Origin: an uncultured Ignavibacteriales bacterium
GTDB lineage: Bacteria > Zixibacteria > MSB-5A5 > GN15 > FEB-12
Length of the DNA: 64,000 nucleotides
NCBI GenBank assembly: GCA_964416195.1
Contig: CAYQDB010000006.1
Span: 60,765 to 124,764, forward strand
Direction: 5' to 3'
Shown: positions 62,788-64,000 of the stretch, in pieces
How the letters are laid out: each line of letters starts with the position of its first letter
Position numbering within the stretch: the stretch's first letter is position 1
The notes under the pieces: generated by a model
The model's database searches: none
What the model saw: the letters and a program-made list of their open reading frames with translations, nothing else
Told to the model about the DNA's origin: nothing
Translations under genes and position numbers: made by a program

Positions 62788-64000
62788 GTGAAAGAGAATC
62801 GTCAACCGGCGGAACCATACCGCATAAAATCAATTGAGCCAATCAAGCGGCTAAACCGCAAAGAGCGCGAGAAGAAGCTTGTTGAGGCAAAGTACAACGT
62901 CTTCAAACTGGATGCGGCTGATATATATATTGATCTTTTAACTGATTCCGGCACGTCGGCCATGTCTGCCCGGCAGTGGGGGGCTTTGATGCAGGGAGAC
63001 GAATCGTATGCCGGAGCGACATCGTTTCGCAAGTTCGAGAAAACGGTTCAGAACATCTTCAGAAAGAAGAAAGTTATTCCCTGTCACCAGGGCCGTTCGG
63101 CGGAAAACCTCATGTTCAGCACTGTTGTCAAGAAGGGTCAGTATGTGGTAAACAACACGCACTTCGATACCACCCGAGCCAACACACTTTACTCCGGGGG
63201 TATCCCTGTTGATTTGCCCTGCCCGGAATCGGTTTCGCCGGAACCGCTTCCGTTCAAGGGGAATATGGATATCGTCCGGCTGGAGCAGTTCATTCACGAA
63301 CATGGCTCAGAGAAAATCGCTATGGTAATGATGACCATCACCAACAACTCCGTTGGCGGCCAGCCAGTATCCATGAAGAATATCCACGAGGTCTCGCAGT
63401 TGTGCCAAGAGCATCATATTCCCTTCTTCTACGACAGTGCTCGCTTTGCCGAAAACTGTTACTTCATCAAACGGGACGAACCGGGTTACGGTGACAAGTC
63501 AATTCGGGAGATAGCCTCGGAGATGTTTGATGCCTGCGATGGAATCATGATGTCGGCGAAAAAGGATGGGCTGGCCAATATCGGCGGCTGTATTGCCCTG
63601 GATAATGAGGATTGGTACCGCCGCATTACCGATCTCATGACAGTCGTCGAGGGTTTCCCGACCTATGGGGGGTTGGCGGGGCGAGACCTTGAGGTGCTGG
63701 CGGTCGGTCTCGAAGAAGTCATGGATTTTGCTTACCTTGATTTCCGGGTAAAGCAGGTGGCTTACCTGGGACAGCAGATCAAGCAGGCAGGGATGTCGAT
63801 CGTTGAACCTACCGGCGGCCATGCAGTATTTGTGGATGCCGGGCAGTTACTGCCCAACATACAGGCTGATCAGTTCCCCGGCCAGACGCTGACTGTCGAG
63901 TTTTATCGCGAGGGAGGTGTACGGGTGGTCGAGATGGGCTCGTTAATGTTTGGCGGTATCGACCCTGCTACCGGTGAGAAGGCTACAGCCAAGCGAGAGC
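62788..64000 (+). CDS. beta-eliminating lyase family enzyme (tryptophanase / tyrosine phenol-lyase), 3'-truncated by window edge
   Basis: This ORF is not in the track. The GTG at 62788 lies 5 nt after AAGGAGG. My own translation runs open to nt 64000: VKENRQPAEPYRIKSIEPIK...DLLTDSGTSAMS...MMTITNNSVGGQPVS...DSARFAENCYFIK...MMSAKKDGLANIGG (PLP-Lys motif)...GGHAVFVDA. Confidence 0.85.
   Translation, partial: MKENRQPAEPYRIKSIEPIKRLNRKEREKKLVEAKYNVFKLDAADIYIDLLTDSGTSAMSARQWGALMQGDESYAGATSFRKFEKTVQNIFRKKKVIPCHQGRSAENLMFSTVVKKGQYVVNNTHFDTTRANTLYSGGIPVDLPCPESVSPEPLPFKGNMDIVRLEQFIHEHGSEKIAMVMMTITNNSVGGQPVSMKNIHEVSQLCQEHHIPFFYDSARFAENCYFIKRDEPGYGDKSIREIASEMFDACDGIMMSAKKDGLANIGGCIALDNEDWYRRITDLMTVVEGFPTYGGLAGRDLEVLAVGLEEVMDFAYLDFRVKQVAYLGQQIKQAGMSIVEPTGGHAVFVDAGQLLPNIQADQFPGQTLTVEFYREGGVRVVEMGSLMFGGIDPATGEKATAKRE

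Overview
This is a 64-kb chromosomal segment from a diderm bacterium with about 50 protein-coding genes and no rRNA, tRNA or CRISPR array that I can see. Three features suggest an uncultivated member of the FCB superphylum: T9SS-type C-terminal sorting domains (NYPNPFN...SGVYLYRL...K), a CarboxypepD_reg/DUF5686-like outer-membrane protein, and the overall gene content. That assignment is inference, since I could not run any search.

Layout:
- 1-12.9 kb: an accessory surface-protein island. It holds a BNR/Asp-box propeller protein with a duplicated dockerin-like tail, a 1080-aa T9SS cargo protein, and an 1837-aa T9SS cargo protein. The 1837-aa protein is built from 15 tandem Cys-rich modules followed by cohesin-like, dockerin-like and CTD modules. 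The island is bracketed by an identical 30-nt palindromic element.
- 12.9-21.3 kb (minus strand): the housekeeping gene string dtd-maf-rodZ-like-hyp-smc-ftsY-yjbQ-rlmH. rlmH carries one in-frame TAA.
- 21.8-25.8 kb: an M1-peptidase-like protein without HExxH, a YihY/BrkB protein and a PTS-IIA(Ntr)-like protein.
- 26.1-34.7 kb: a polysaccharide locus with a WbpB/D/E-like sugar-modification trio, Wzz-like and Wza-like proteins, and two GT-C membrane proteins.
- 34.7-35.8 kb: two tandem paralogous lipoproteins.
- 35.9-38.6 kb: pyrG-kdsB-gatC.
- 38.8-42.2 kb: an atypical signalling triad of a His-less, ATP-lid-less histidine-kinase homologue, an NtrC-type regulator lacking GAFTGA and the Walker-B Glu, and a GAF protein.
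- 42.2-47.8 kb: mltG, ruvX, a secreted hypothetical protein and a DUF5686-like OMP.
- 48.7-58.4 kb: a complete classical menaquinone operon (ubiE/menG-menFDHBACE plus a convergent hotdog thioesterase).
- 58.6-64 kb: a free cohesin-like paralogue, sucCD-like genes, an orphan membrane protein, and a 3'-truncated tryptophanase/tyrosine-phenol-lyase-family gene with a GTG start that is absent from the ORF track.

Most long intergenic regions are packed with a small vocabulary of modular GC-rich hairpins and two MITE-like palindromic elements.

The best candidate for something new is the cohesin/dockerin-like parts list riding on T9SS cargo. The second candidate is the catalytically degenerate signalling triad. 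All domain calls are by-eye motif recognition and need HMM or structure confirmation.
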